Source: Magnetovibrio sp.
Lineage (GTDB): Bacteria > Pseudomonadota > Alphaproteobacteria > Rhodospirillales > Casp-alpha2
Reading direction: 5' to 3'
Length of the DNA stretch: 40,607 bases
NCBI GenBank assembly: GCA_028817665.1
Contig: JAPPPF010000221.1
Location: 1-40,607, forward strand
Within the stretch, counting starts at the first letter, position 1; every line of letters begins with the position of its first letter. A program made the translations under genes and the position numbers. Below, one piece after another: positions 24,610 to 33,598 of this stretch. The notes beneath the pieces are model-generated. The model was not told the origin of the DNA. It ran no database searches and saw only the letters and a program-made list of their open reading frames with translations.

Positions 24610-25362
24610 ATGTTCGGCATCGCGCCGGAAATCCTCACCGTCGTCTCCATCGGCGTCGGCATCGGCGGCTTCGTCAAGGGGGTCACCGGCATCGGGCTGC
24701 CGATCGTCGCCATCGCGGTGATGGTGAACTTCATGGACCCGGTGACCACCTTCGCGACCCTGATCGCGCCGATCCTGGTGACCAATTTCTGGCAGGCCGC
24801 CACCGCCCACGACTGGCGCGCGCCCTTCAAGCGCTTCTGGCCGATGATCATCTGCTTCATCGCGTGCCTGTTCGTCGGCGCCGAGCTGTTGGTGGTCCTC
24901 GACGGCAGCGTACTGCTGACCGTGCTCGGGGTCTGCGTCGCCGTGTTCGCCGCCTCCAACCTGATCCGGCCGCGCCAGCACCCGCTGTCGCCCGCGGTCG
25001 AGCGCGTCGCCGGACCCATCGCCGGCGCGCTCGGCGGCGTCCTCGGCGGCCTGACGGCGATCTGGGGCCCGCCGATGATGATGCTGTTCGTGCTGCTGAA
25101 GCTTGAGAAGGACACCTGGGTGCAGACCGTCGGGCTGATCTGGTTCCTGGGCTCGGTGCCGCTGGCCATCGCGTATTGGAACAACGGCGTGCTCAACGCC
25201 GACACCATCCCGCTGTCGCTGCTGTCTTGCGTACCGGGTATGATCGGCATCTGGATCGGCGAGGTCGTGCGCAAGCGCATCGACCAGGATACCTTCCGCA
25301 AGGTGATGCTCATCGCGCTGTTCCTGATCGGCCTCAACCTGATCCGCCGCGCGATCTTCTGA
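24610..25362 (+). CDS. TauE/SafE-family anion exporter permease (second copy)
   Basis: 250 aa, hydrophobic. GIGGFVKGVTGIGLP and AGALGGVLGGLTAIWGPP are Gly-rich half repeats. Confidence 0.75.
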   Translation: MFGIAPEILTVVSIGVGIGGFVKGVTGIGLPIVAIAVMVNFMDPVTTFATLIAPILVTNFWQAATAHDWRAPFKRFWPMIICFIACLFVGAELLVVLDGSVLLTVLGVCVAVFAASNLIRPRQHPLSPAVERVAGPIAGALGGVLGGLTAIWGPPMMMLFVLLKLEKDTWVQTVGLIWFLGSVPLAIAYWNNGVLNADTIPLSLLSCVPGMIGIWIGEVVRKRIDQDTFRKVMLIALFLIGLNLIRRAIF

Positions 25363-25389
25363 GGCTTGGGCGAGAGGAGGCCGGCCGGC

Positions 25390-26721
25390 ATGGATGGCCA
25401 CAGGGGTGAATTCGCATCGCGGCTCGGCTTCATCCTGGCCGCCGCCGGTTCGGCCATCGGGCTCGGCAACATCTGGAAATTCCCCTACGTGGCCGGCGCC
25501 AACGGCGGCGGCGCCTTCCTGCTGCTCTACCTGGGGATGGTCTTCACCATCGGGCTTTCGGTGATGCTCGCCGAGCTCGCCATCGGCCGCGCTGCCAGGC
25601 TCAACCCGGTCGGCGCCTTCGCCAAGCTGAAGGGCGGCGCCTGGGTGGGGGTCGGCTACATGGGCGTGATCGCCGGCTTCGTCATCCTGTCCTTCTATTC
25701 GGTGGTCGGCGGCTGGACCCTGGCCTACACGCTCTACAGCCTCGGTCCGCTCATGGAGATCACCGAACCCGAGCGCCTCGGCGCCTTCTTCACCGGCTTC
25801 ATCGCCAACCCGGTGAGCCCGCTGTTCTACCACGGCATGTTCATGGCGATGACCATGTTCGTGGTCGTCGGCGGCGTCGAGAAGGGGATCGAGCGCGCCG
25901 GCCGGCTGCTGATGCCGCTGTTGTTGGGGTTGCTGGTGCTGCTAACGGCGCGCGCCGTGACGCTGCCCGGCGCCGGGGCCGGCCTGGCGTTCTTCCTGAC
26001 CCCGGATTTCTCGAAGATCGACGGCGCCACCGTGACCGCGGCGCTGGGTCAGGCGTTCTTCTCCCTGTCGCTCGGCATGGGCGCGCTGCTCACATACGGC
26101 TCCTACCTGTCGCGGCGGGAGAACCTGGCGTCGTCCGCGCTCTGGGTGACGTCCCTCGACACGGTCATCGCCGTCAGCGCCGGCTTCCTGATCCTGCCGG
26201 CCGTCTTCGCCTTCGGCTTTGACCCGGCCGTCGGGCCGGGGCTGACCTTCATTACGCTGCCCGCCGTGTTCGCCCAGATGCCCCTGGGCGCGCTGTTCGC
26301 GCCGCTGTTCTTCGGCCTCCTGACCATCGCCGCGCTGACTTCGGCGGTGTCGCTGCTGGAGACCGTTGTCGCCTACCTCGTCGACCAGCTGGGCTTCGCC
26401 CGGCGTCGCGCCACCGTGCTCTTCGGCGTCGCCATCTTCGCGCTCGGCGTGCCCTCGGCACTGTCCTTCGGGCCGCTCCGCGGCGTCACCATCGCCGGGC
26501 GGAGCTTCTTCGACGCCATGGACTACCTGGCGTCCAACCTGATGCTGCCCCTGGGCGGCATCGCCATTGCCGTGTTCGCCGGCTGGGTCGTCCGCGAACG
26601 CCTGCTCGACGAGATCACCGCGTCGGGCGCGCATCGCGTCGCGGGCCTCGCCGTGTGGATATGGATCTGCCGTCTCGCGGCGCCCTTGGCCATCGCCTGG
26701 ATCCTGATCACCGGCCTCTAG
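25390..26721 (+). CDS. sodium-dependent transporter, SNF (neurotransmitter:sodium symporter) family
   Basis: ATG 25390 lies 9 nt after GAGAGGAGG. FASRLGFILAAAGSAIGLGNIWKFPYVAGANGGGAFLL is the hallmark SNF N-terminus. Confidence 0.88.
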   Translation: MDGHRGEFASRLGFILAAAGSAIGLGNIWKFPYVAGANGGGAFLLLYLGMVFTIGLSVMLAELAIGRAARLNPVGAFAKLKGGAWVGVGYMGVIAGFVILSFYSVVGGWTLAYTLYSLGPLMEITEPERLGAFFTGFIANPVSPLFYHGMFMAMTMFVVVGGVEKGIERAGRLLMPLLLGLLVLLTARAVTLPGAGAGLAFFLTPDFSKIDGATVTAALGQAFFSLSLGMGALLTYGSYLSRRENLASSALWVTSLDTVIAVSAGFLILPAVFAFGFDPAVGPGLTFITLPAVFAQMPLGALFAPLFFGLLTIAALTSAVSLLETVVAYLVDQLGFARRRATVLFGVAIFALGVPSALSFGPLRGVTIAGRSFFDAMDYLASNLMLPLGGIAIAVFAGWVVRERLLDEITASGAHRVAGLAVWIWICRLAAPLAIAWILITGL

Positions 26722-26743
26722 GGTTTGCTACGCCGGACCGCGC

Positions 26744-27970
26744 CTATTCGGCGGCGGTCTCCGCGGCGGCCAATGGCGCCCTGAGCGCGAACGCCAGGGG
26801 GAGGATCGTCAGCACGCCCGCCGCCAGGACGGCGAGCGCAGTGGTCAGGCCGGCGAAATCGCCGAGCAGGCCGTAGAGGACAGGCGCGACGGCGCTGGCG
26901 CCGATGGAGAGCGTGTAGAAGAGCCCGAAGGCGCGGGCCTGGCGGGCCGGGTCAACGAAATCCCCGACCGTCCCGTAGAGCACCGACGACGTCCCGTTCA
27001 GGGCCACGCCGAGCACCGGCAGGACGACGAGCGCGGGCACCAGCGGCAGGACAATCACCGCGGCGATCAGGCCGGCCGTGGCGAGCTCGGTCAACACCAC
27101 GGTGCGCAGGATCCCGACCCGGTCGGCGACGAAGCCGCACACCAGCTTGCCGGCGGCGCCGCCCGCCAGGATCAGGGTCAGGGCGAAGCCGACGGATTCC
27201 GTGGCCGCGCCCTTCTCGATCAACAAGAACGGCGCGAAGGTGAGGAAGCCGATCCGCGCGCTCGTGTCGATACAGGCGATGGCGCTGAGGATCGAGAACC
27301 CGCGCCGGTCGCGCACGCCCCAGCCGAGACCGGAATCCTGGGGTCGCGCCTCCGCCGTTGCCGGGGCGGACGGCGGCGGCGCGCCCGCGCCGAGGCGGCG
27401 CAGCGCGAAATAGATGGCGGCGCCGGCGACGGCGCCGACGACGCCGTAGACGACGACCCCCGTCTGCCACCCCGCCCAGCCGGCGATGGTGGCGATCCCG
27501 ATGGGCGTCGCGACCTTGCCGAGATCGCCGGAGAAATTGTAGATGCCGAGCGCTCCCCGGCGCCCCCCGGCCGCATAGGCCTTCGACACCAGGGCCGACG
27601 CCAACGGATGCTGGGTACTGCACCCGATGCCGGCGAGACAGAGGAACGCCGCCAGCATGAGGAAGTCGTCGGCGACGGCCAGGGCGACGAACCCGAGTCC
27701 GGCGAGGCCGGTGCCGAGCGCCAGCACGGCGCGTTCGCCCAACCGCTCGGCGACGAACCCCGCCGGCACCTGACCGGCGGCGAGGGTCGAGGACATGCAG
27801 GTCTTGAGGATGCCGACCTGGGCGTGCGACAGGCCGAAACCGCTCGCCCACAACGGCAGCAGGACGAACACCGCGTCGGACAGGCCATCGTGAACGAAAT
27901 GCGCGAAACCGCCGGCGGACAAGATCTTCCGCCGCTCGCGTGCCGTGGTCACTGTCGGTTGCTCGGCCAT
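26744..27970 (-). CDS. MFS transporter
   Basis: 408 aa from ATG 27970. Twelve hydrophobic spans with a central loop (APPPSAPATAEARPQD). No substrate assignable. Confidence 0.8.
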   Translation of the reverse strand: MAEQPTVTTARERRKILSAGGFAHFVHDGLSDAVFVLLPLWASGFGLSHAQVGILKTCMSSTLAAGQVPAGFVAERLGERAVLALGTGLAGLGFVALAVADDFLMLAAFLCLAGIGCSTQHPLASALVSKAYAAGGRRGALGIYNFSGDLGKVATPIGIATIAGWAGWQTGVVVYGVVGAVAGAAIYFALRRLGAGAPPPSAPATAEARPQDSGLGWGVRDRRGFSILSAIACIDTSARIGFLTFAPFLLIEKGAATESVGFALTLILAGGAAGKLVCGFVADRVGILRTVVLTELATAGLIAAVIVLPLVPALVVLPVLGVALNGTSSVLYGTVGDFVDPARQARAFGLFYTLSIGASAVAPVLYGLLGDFAGLTTALAVLAAGVLTILPLAFALRAPLAAAETAAE

Positions 27971-28258
27971 CGTCGGCAGAAGATAAGGTTTTCTGTATTG
28001 TTGGTCTAATCGATTAAATTCTTTTTTGATCGATTTTACCCATGCACGAGACTTGGCCGCGCGTTCCACGCCATCGCCGCGCCGTCCGGCTGATGCTCGG
28101 CGGCGCAGATCTCCTCAGCTTTCCATCAGATTCCGCTTATACTGTGAGCCCTCGGGGACAGGGCGGGCGTCGATTGGCGGGCCCGCCGGTCGCCGGTTAT
28201 ACTGCCGGACCGAACGGTTCCGGTGGAACCCAGGAATGGCGTAAAGCGACGAGGAACC

Positions 28259-29002
28259 ATGCGGAAATCGATGATCGCCCTGGCACTCGCCGGCGCCGCC
28301 ATCGGCGCCAGCGCCAGCGCGCCGGCCATGGAGCCGCCGCTCGAATTGATCTACGCGGACCGCGCGCCCTATTACGTGACCAAGGCCGACGGCTCCGTCG
28401 GCGGCCTCGTCGCGGGACCGGTGAGCGAGGCCCTGAAGCGCGCGAAGATTCCCGTCCGCTGGCTGGTGCGGCCGGGCAAGCGCCAGATCGAGACCATTCG
28501 GAAAGGCGGCACCCGGACCTGCTCGCCGGGCTGGTTCAAGAAGCCGGAGCGCGAGGCGTTCGCCAAGTTCAGCGACCCCATCTACCAGGACCGGCCGCAG
28601 ATCCTGGTCGTCCGGGCCGCCGACCAGGCGAAGTTCGCGCACCCCGGCCTGGCCGCGCTGTTCGGCGACGCGGCGTTCAAGTTCGGCGCAAAGCTGGGGT
28701 ATTCCTACGGCGCCTACGTCGACGGGCTGATCGCCGAAACGTCGCCGCAGATCCTGCGCACGCCGCAGGATTCCAAGGGAATGATCCGGATGCTGTTGGG
28801 CCGCCGGTTCGACTACCTGATGGCGGCGCCGGAGGAATTCAGCAGCCTCGCCGAGGGCCTCGGCGACAAGCGCGGCGCGATCGCCGAGGTCCAGATGAAG
28901 GACATCCCGCCCGGCAACACCCGCCACCTGATGTGTTCCAAGTCCGTCGAGGACAGCGTTCTCGAGCGCTTCAACCGGGCCCTCGCGGTGGTCATCGAAT
29001 AG
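28259..29002 (+). CDS. periplasmic substrate-binding protein, family-3 (amino-acid ABC type) fold, orphan
   Basis: ATG 28259 after GAGGAA. Signal peptide MRKSMIALALAGAAIGASASAPA, about 225-aa mature protein. No permease or ATPase gene is adjacent. Confidence 0.55.
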   Translation: MRKSMIALALAGAAIGASASAPAMEPPLELIYADRAPYYVTKADGSVGGLVAGPVSEALKRAKIPVRWLVRPGKRQIETIRKGGTRTCSPGWFKKPEREAFAKFSDPIYQDRPQILVVRAADQAKFAHPGLAALFGDAAFKFGAKLGYSYGAYVDGLIAETSPQILRTPQDSKGMIRMLLGRRFDYLMAAPEEFSSLAEGLGDKRGAIAEVQMKDIPPGNTRHLMCSKSVEDSVLERFNRALAVVIE

Positions 29003-29009
29003 ACCGGAC

Positions 29010-29996
29010 CTAGATCGCCAACACCACCTTACCCTTCGTCTGACGCGCCTCGATGAGCTCGTGGGCGGTCCGCGCCTCGGAAAGGGCCAGGGTGCGGTCG
29101 ATGGTGACCCGCAATTCGCCGGCGGCGTACCACTGGAACAGATCGTAGGCCCGGGCCTGCCGTTCCTCGGCGCTGGCGATGTAGTCGGCGAGGTGCGGCC
29201 GGGTGAAGAACACGGACCCGGCCTCGGCCAATTCGAGGGGATCCAGCTGCCCGATGGGACCCGACGCGTTGCCGTTGTTGGAGACGACGCCGCGCCGTTT
29301 GACGGCCTTCAGGCTGCCCCGGATGGTGTCCTTGCCGACGGAATCATAGACCACGTCGACGCCCTCGCCGCCGGTGAGTTCGAGCACCGCCTCGGCGAAG
29401 TCCGTTTCGCGGTAGAGGATCGCATGCTCGGCGCCGAGGGACCTCGCGATCTCCGCCTTTTCCGGGCTGCCGACGGTGGTGAAAACCGTGGCGCCGATCC
29501 GCGTCGCCAACTGGATCAGCAACTGCCCGAGGCCGCCGGCGCCGGCGTGGATCAGGCAACTTTCGCCGGCCTGCAGCGGGAACAGGGAATGCGACAGGTA
29601 GTGCGCGGTCGAGCCCTGCAGCTGCAATGCCGCCGCCACGTCGAGCGTCACGCCGTCCAGCACGTGCACCAGCTTCCAGGCCGGCACCACCGCGTATTCG
29701 GCGTAGCTGCCGAGCTCGATGCAATAGGCGACCGGGTCGCCCAGCTCGAAATCGTCGACGCCGTCGCCGACGGCCTCGACGAACCCGGCGCCCTCCATCC
29801 CGAGGGTCAGGGGCGGCGACTGGGCGTAGGTGTCGGAACGCTTGTAGATGCCCTCGCGCATGTAGACGTCGATGAAATTGATGCCGGCGAAGGCGATACG
29901 CACCAGGACCTCGCCGGGCCCCGGATCGGGCACCGGCACTTCGTCGACCCGGAGGTTTCCGGCGCCGCCGTATTCGTGGACGCGAACCGCCTTCAT
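29010..29996 (-). CDS. NADPH:quinone reductase-like zinc-independent MDR oxidoreductase
   Basis: MKAVRVHEYGG...GEVLVRIAFAGINFIDVYMREG, AGAGGLGQLLIQLA and TKGKVVLAI are typical quinone-oxidoreductase-type MDR signatures. Confidence 0.85.
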   Translation of the reverse strand: MKAVRVHEYGGAGNLRVDEVPVPDPGPGEVLVRIAFAGINFIDVYMREGIYKRSDTYAQSPPLTLGMEGAGFVEAVGDGVDDFELGDPVAYCIELGSYAEYAVVPAWKLVHVLDGVTLDVAAALQLQGSTAHYLSHSLFPLQAGESCLIHAGAGGLGQLLIQLATRIGATVFTTVGSPEKAEIARSLGAEHAILYRETDFAEAVLELTGGEGVDVVYDSVGKDTIRGSLKAVKRRGVVSNNGNASGPIGQLDPLELAEAGSVFFTRPHLADYIASAEERQARAYDLFQWYAAGELRVTIDRTLALSEARTAHELIEARQTKGKVVLAI

Positions 29997-30040
29997 ACCG
30001 GCTCTCCCCAGCCGCTGGACAAGGCCGGTACTATTGGCCG

Positions 30041-30931
30041 TCAGCTCGCCTGCTTCAAGGCCCCGAAGGCTTCTTTCAGCGCGTCGCCGACGTGCGACGG
30101 CGTCGCCAGGACGTTGACGCCGGCGGCCTCCAGCGCCTTCTTCTTCGACGCGTAGGTGCCCTTGTCGCCCATGACGATGGCGCCGGCGTGGCCCATCTTC
30201 TTACCCGGCGGCGCGGCGCCGCCGGCGATGAACGAAACCACCGGCTTATCCATGGTCGCCGCGTACTCGGCCGCGTCCTCCTCCATGGAGCCGCCGATCT
30301 CGCCGACCATGACCACCGCTTCGGTGCCCTCGAAGGCGTCCAGCGCCTCCAAGGCGTCGCGGGTCGTGGTGCCGAGGATCGGGTCGCCGCCGATGCCGAG
30401 GAACGCCGTTTGGCCGAAGCCGGCGGAGACGATGTTCTGGCACATCAGCGTCGCCAGACTGCCGGACCGTGAGATCACGCCGACGCTGCCCTTCTTGAAG
30501 ATCCGTTCGTTGAAGGCCGGCATGAAGCCGAGGAAGCATTCGCCGACGGTGGCGGTGCCGGCCGTGTTTGGGCCGATGATGGCGGTGCCCGCCTCGCGGG
30601 CCGCGGCCATGAAGTACATGACGTCCTGCACCGGGATGTGTTCGGTCAGGCAGACGATGGTCTTGGCGCCGGCCTCGATGGCGTCCAAGGCCGCAGCCTT
30701 GACGCCCAAAGGCGGGATGAACATCACCGTGGCGTCGAAGCCGCCGGCTTCCATGGCCTCCTTGGCCGAGCCGAAGACCGGCACGCTGCAATGCTCGGTG
30801 CCCGCCTTCTTCGGGTTGACCCCGCCGACGACGTTGGTGCCGTATTCCTGCATGCGCTCGGTCCAGAAGGTGCCCTGCTTGCCGGTGATGCCCTGTACCA
30901 GGACGCGGTGTTCTCTTCTGACGATCCTCAT
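30041..30931 (-). CDS. succinyl-CoA synthetase alpha-type subunit (ADP-forming acid-CoA ligase, CoA-binding/phosphohistidine subunit)
   Basis: VLVQGITGKQGTFWTE, GPNTAG and MGHAGAIV (phosphohistidine loop). ATG 30931 lies 6-7 nt after GGGAGG and overlaps the beta-type stop (TGATG). Confidence 0.85.
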   Translation of the reverse strand: MRIVRREHRVLVQGITGKQGTFWTERMQEYGTNVVGGVNPKKAGTEHCSVPVFGSAKEAMEAGGFDATVMFIPPLGVKAAALDAIEAGAKTIVCLTEHIPVQDVMYFMAAAREAGTAIIGPNTAGTATVGECFLGFMPAFNERIFKKGSVGVISRSGSLATLMCQNIVSAGFGQTAFLGIGGDPILGTTTRDALEALDAFEGTEAVVMVGEIGGSMEEDAAEYAATMDKPVVSFIAGGAAPPGKKMGHAGAIVMGDKGTYASKKKALEAAGVNVLATPSHVGDALKEAFGALKQAS

Positions 30932-32064
30932 CACGCACCTCCCTTGGCGGCGTCGACGGCGGCCTTGCAGGCGGCGTCCATGTTGGGCAGCGGGTCCAGC
31001 CCCATGCGTTCCTTCAGCATCTCGATGGCGACCTGGTCGCCGGTGCCGGCGATCGAGAAGAACACCGGAATATCCGGTTTAAGCTCGTCCCAGGCGTTGA
31101 GGATGCCGTCCATCATCACGTCGCAGCGCGCGAAGGCGCCGCAGAAATTGACCACCAGGCTCTTCACGCCGGGCTTGTCGAGGACCATCTTCAGCCCGTC
31201 GGTGGCCTTGGTGTAGGCCTCGCCGCCGATCTCGCAGAAGTTCGCCGGGTCGCCGCCGTGATGGCGGACCACGTCCATGGTGGTCATGGTCAGCCCGGCG
31301 CCGTTGGCCAGGACGGCGACGTCGCCGTCGAGCTCGATGTACTTGATGCCGAGATCCTCGCCGCGCTGTTCGAGGCCGGTGAGCTTGTCCGGCGTGCCGT
31401 TGGGCGCGATCTCCTGCTGGCGCTTGATGCCCGAATCATCCAAGGAGAACTTGCAATCCAGCGCGATCACCTGCCCCTCGCCGGTCAGCACCAGCGGATT
31501 GATCTCCAGGAGCTCGGCGTCGTTCGCCGTGTAGGCGGCGTAGAGCTTGACCAGGGTCTCGGCGACGCCCTCCTCGGCGCCGTCGAGGGCCAGGCCGTCG
31601 ACCAGTGCGCGGGCGGCGGCGAGGTCGAAGCCCTCGCGGATATCGACCGCCGCCTTCCTGAGCTTCTCCGGGGTCTCGACGGCGATCTCCTCGATGTCCA
31701 TGCCGCCCTCGGTCGAGAACATGACCATCGGGCCCTTGGAGATCGGGTCGTTGAGCACGGCGGCGTAGAACTCGCGGGCGATGTCCGAGCACTGCTCGAC
31801 CAGCACCTTCTCGACGACGTGGGTGGCGATGGTCATGCCGAGAATGGTCTCGGCGTGCGCGCGCGCCTCGTCGGGCGTCTTCGCCAGTTGGATGCCGCCG
31901 GCCTTGCCGCGCTTGCCGGTCGGCACCTGCGCCTTGACGACGACCAGGCCGAGCGTCTCGGCCGCCTTCATGGCGGCGTCCGAATCGCGGGCCAGGATGC
32001 TCTCCGGCACCGCGATCCCGGCGGCGGCCAGGATCGGCTTCGCCGCGTATTCCTCGAAGTTCAT
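30931..32064 (-). CDS. succinyl-CoA synthetase beta-type subunit (ATP-grasp)
   Basis: MNFEEYAAKPILAAAGIAVP, VVKAQVPTGKRGKAGGI, LLEINPL and ANGAGLTMTTMD. Confidence 0.85.
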   Translation of the reverse strand: MNFEEYAAKPILAAAGIAVPESILARDSDAAMKAAETLGLVVVKAQVPTGKRGKAGGIQLAKTPDEARAHAETILGMTIATHVVEKVLVEQCSDIAREFYAAVLNDPISKGPMVMFSTEGGMDIEEIAVETPEKLRKAAVDIREGFDLAAARALVDGLALDGAEEGVAETLVKLYAAYTANDAELLEINPLVLTGEGQVIALDCKFSLDDSGIKRQQEIAPNGTPDKLTGLEQRGEDLGIKYIELDGDVAVLANGAGLTMTTMDVVRHHGGDPANFCEIGGEAYTKATDGLKMVLDKPGVKSLVVNFCGAFARCDVMMDGILNAWDELKPDIPVFFSIAGTGDQVAIEMLKERMGLDPLPNMDAACKAAVDAAKGGA

Positions 32065-32068
32065 GCGT

Positions 32069-33505
32069 CTATTTCCCGTGCTTTTCCCAATAGGCGCCGA
32101 ACAGCTCCTCCTCGGACGGCTTGTCCTCTGGGATGGTGGTCACCAGGTGGGTGATGTTGAGGAAGTTCTTGAGGTTCAGGTTCTCGGTGATCGAGTTGCC
32201 GGCCCAGGTGCCGCAGCCCATGGAGAGCGTGAACGGCAAGCCGTTGTCAAAGCTGCCACCGTTGCCGAAGGTATGCGCTTGGTTGACCAGGACGCGGACG
32301 ACCCGGAGGTCTTCGGCCAATTCCTGGGTATGGGCGGCGTCCTTGGTGTGGATGCCCACGGAATGGCCCATGCCGACGAAATCGAGCACGTTCTGGACGT
32401 GCGCCTTCGCCGCCGCGAAATCCTTGGCCCGGTAGACGGTCAGCGCCAGGGACAGCTTCTCATCGGAGAACGGATGGTCCTTGCCCGCCGCGTTCTCGTC
32501 CTCGACCAGGAAGAACTTGGCCGACTTGGCCTCTTCCGGCAGCCCGCAGGTCTCGGCGAAGACGTCGGCGTCCTTGGCGATGACGTGGCGGTTCAGGTGC
32601 CCGTCGACCCAAAGCGTGTCCTGGATCTTCTGCTTGTCCTCGGCCGTGCAGAGATAGCCGCCGGCGTCCTTCAACGCGGCGATGGCGTCGTCGTAGACGT
32701 CGTCGAGAATGGTCAGCGAGTTTTCCGACGAGCACGAGGTCGCGTTGTCGAAGCACTTCGACATCATGATCTTGTTGGCGGCGTCCGCCAGGTCGGCGGT
32801 TGAATCGATGATCACCGGGACGTTGCCGGCGCCGACACCGATGGCCGGGGTTCCCGACGAATAGGCGCGCCGCACGTTGTTCTGCGAGCCGGTGACGACG
32901 ACCAGGTCGGCCTGGTTCATCAACTCCTGGGTCAGCGCCTTGGAGACGGGCGCGGGCAGCACCTGGACAAGGTCCTCGGGCGCGCCGATCTTCTTCAGCT
33001 CGGCGCGCATATACTCGACCGTCCGGGTGGTCGTGGTCAGCCCGGCCGGGCTCGGCGCGACGATCACCGCGTTGCGGCCCTTGACCGCCAGCATCGCCTT
33101 GTTGACGGGCGTCGCGGCCGGGTTGGTCGAGGGCGCCACGGCGGCGACCACGCCGACCGGCTTGGCGTACTTGACCAGGCCCTTCTCCGGCAGTTCCTCG
33201 ATGATCCCGACCGATTTCTGCCGCATCAGGTCGCGCAGGCAGCCGAAGGTCTTGCGGGTGTTCTTGGTGATCTTGCTGTCGACGTTGCCGAGGCCCGTGT
33301 CCTGGACCGCGATCTCGGCCAGTTCCTTGGCCCGCGCCGGCTCGTAGATGGACCAGGCCAGCGCCGTCACGGCTTCGTCGACGGCGGCCTGGTTGGCGAA
33401 CTCGAAGGTCGCCATGGCCGCCCTCGCCCGCTCCATCAGGCCGTCGATCACGGCGGTGGTGTCAACTTCGTTCTGGGGTGCCTGAGCGGCGGCAGTCTGG
33501 TTCAC
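32069..33505 (-). CDS. CoA-acylating aldehyde dehydrogenase (EutE/PduP/SauS-like)
   Basis: GTG 33505 lies 6 nt after AAGGAGG. 478 aa, no NAD-ALDH EE..G motif layout, catalytic Cys context FDNATSCSSEN, VVTGSQNNV. Size and motifs fit acylating enzymes. Confidence 0.8.
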   Translation of the reverse strand: MNQTAAAQAPQNEVDTTAVIDGLMERARAAMATFEFANQAAVDEAVTALAWSIYEPARAKELAEIAVQDTGLGNVDSKITKNTRKTFGCLRDLMRQKSVGIIEELPEKGLVKYAKPVGVVAAVAPSTNPAATPVNKAMLAVKGRNAVIVAPSPAGLTTTTRTVEYMRAELKKIGAPEDLVQVLPAPVSKALTQELMNQADLVVVTGSQNNVRRAYSSGTPAIGVGAGNVPVIIDSTADLADAANKIMMSKCFDNATSCSSENSLTILDDVYDDAIAALKDAGGYLCTAEDKQKIQDTLWVDGHLNRHVIAKDADVFAETCGLPEEAKSAKFFLVEDENAAGKDHPFSDEKLSLALTVYRAKDFAAAKAHVQNVLDFVGMGHSVGIHTKDAAHTQELAEDLRVVRVLVNQAHTFGNGGSFDNGLPFTLSMGCGTWAGNSITENLNLKNFLNITHLVTTIPEDKPSEEELFGAYWEKHGK

Positions 33506-33560
33506 GTCAACCTCCTTTGGGTTTTCAACATCGTAACCTGATCACAAGGAAAATGGGAAC

Positions 33561-33591
33561 GGCCAGGGGCGCAGGTTAACCGCCCCTGGCC
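33561..33591 (-). terminator. strong intercistronic hairpin between tctA and the aldehyde dehydrogenase gene (partial terminator or mRNA stabiliser)
   Basis: GGCCAGGGGCG (33561-33571) and CGCCCCTGGCC (33581-33591) form a perfect 11-bp stem with a 9-nt loop. On the minus-strand RNA it is followed by GUUCCCAUUUUCC. Confidence 0.45.
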
Positions 33592-33598
33592 GAGGGAC

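Noticed and set aside
23223-25472. 749-aa minus-strand ORF
   Set aside because: It is antisense to the M29-like and TauE genes and has a shadow-frame composition.
28026-28244. 72-aa ORF in the MFS / binding-protein spacer
   Set aside because: It is Arg/Pro-rich, has no SD, and overlaps the repeated promoter-like elements. It is more likely non-coding.
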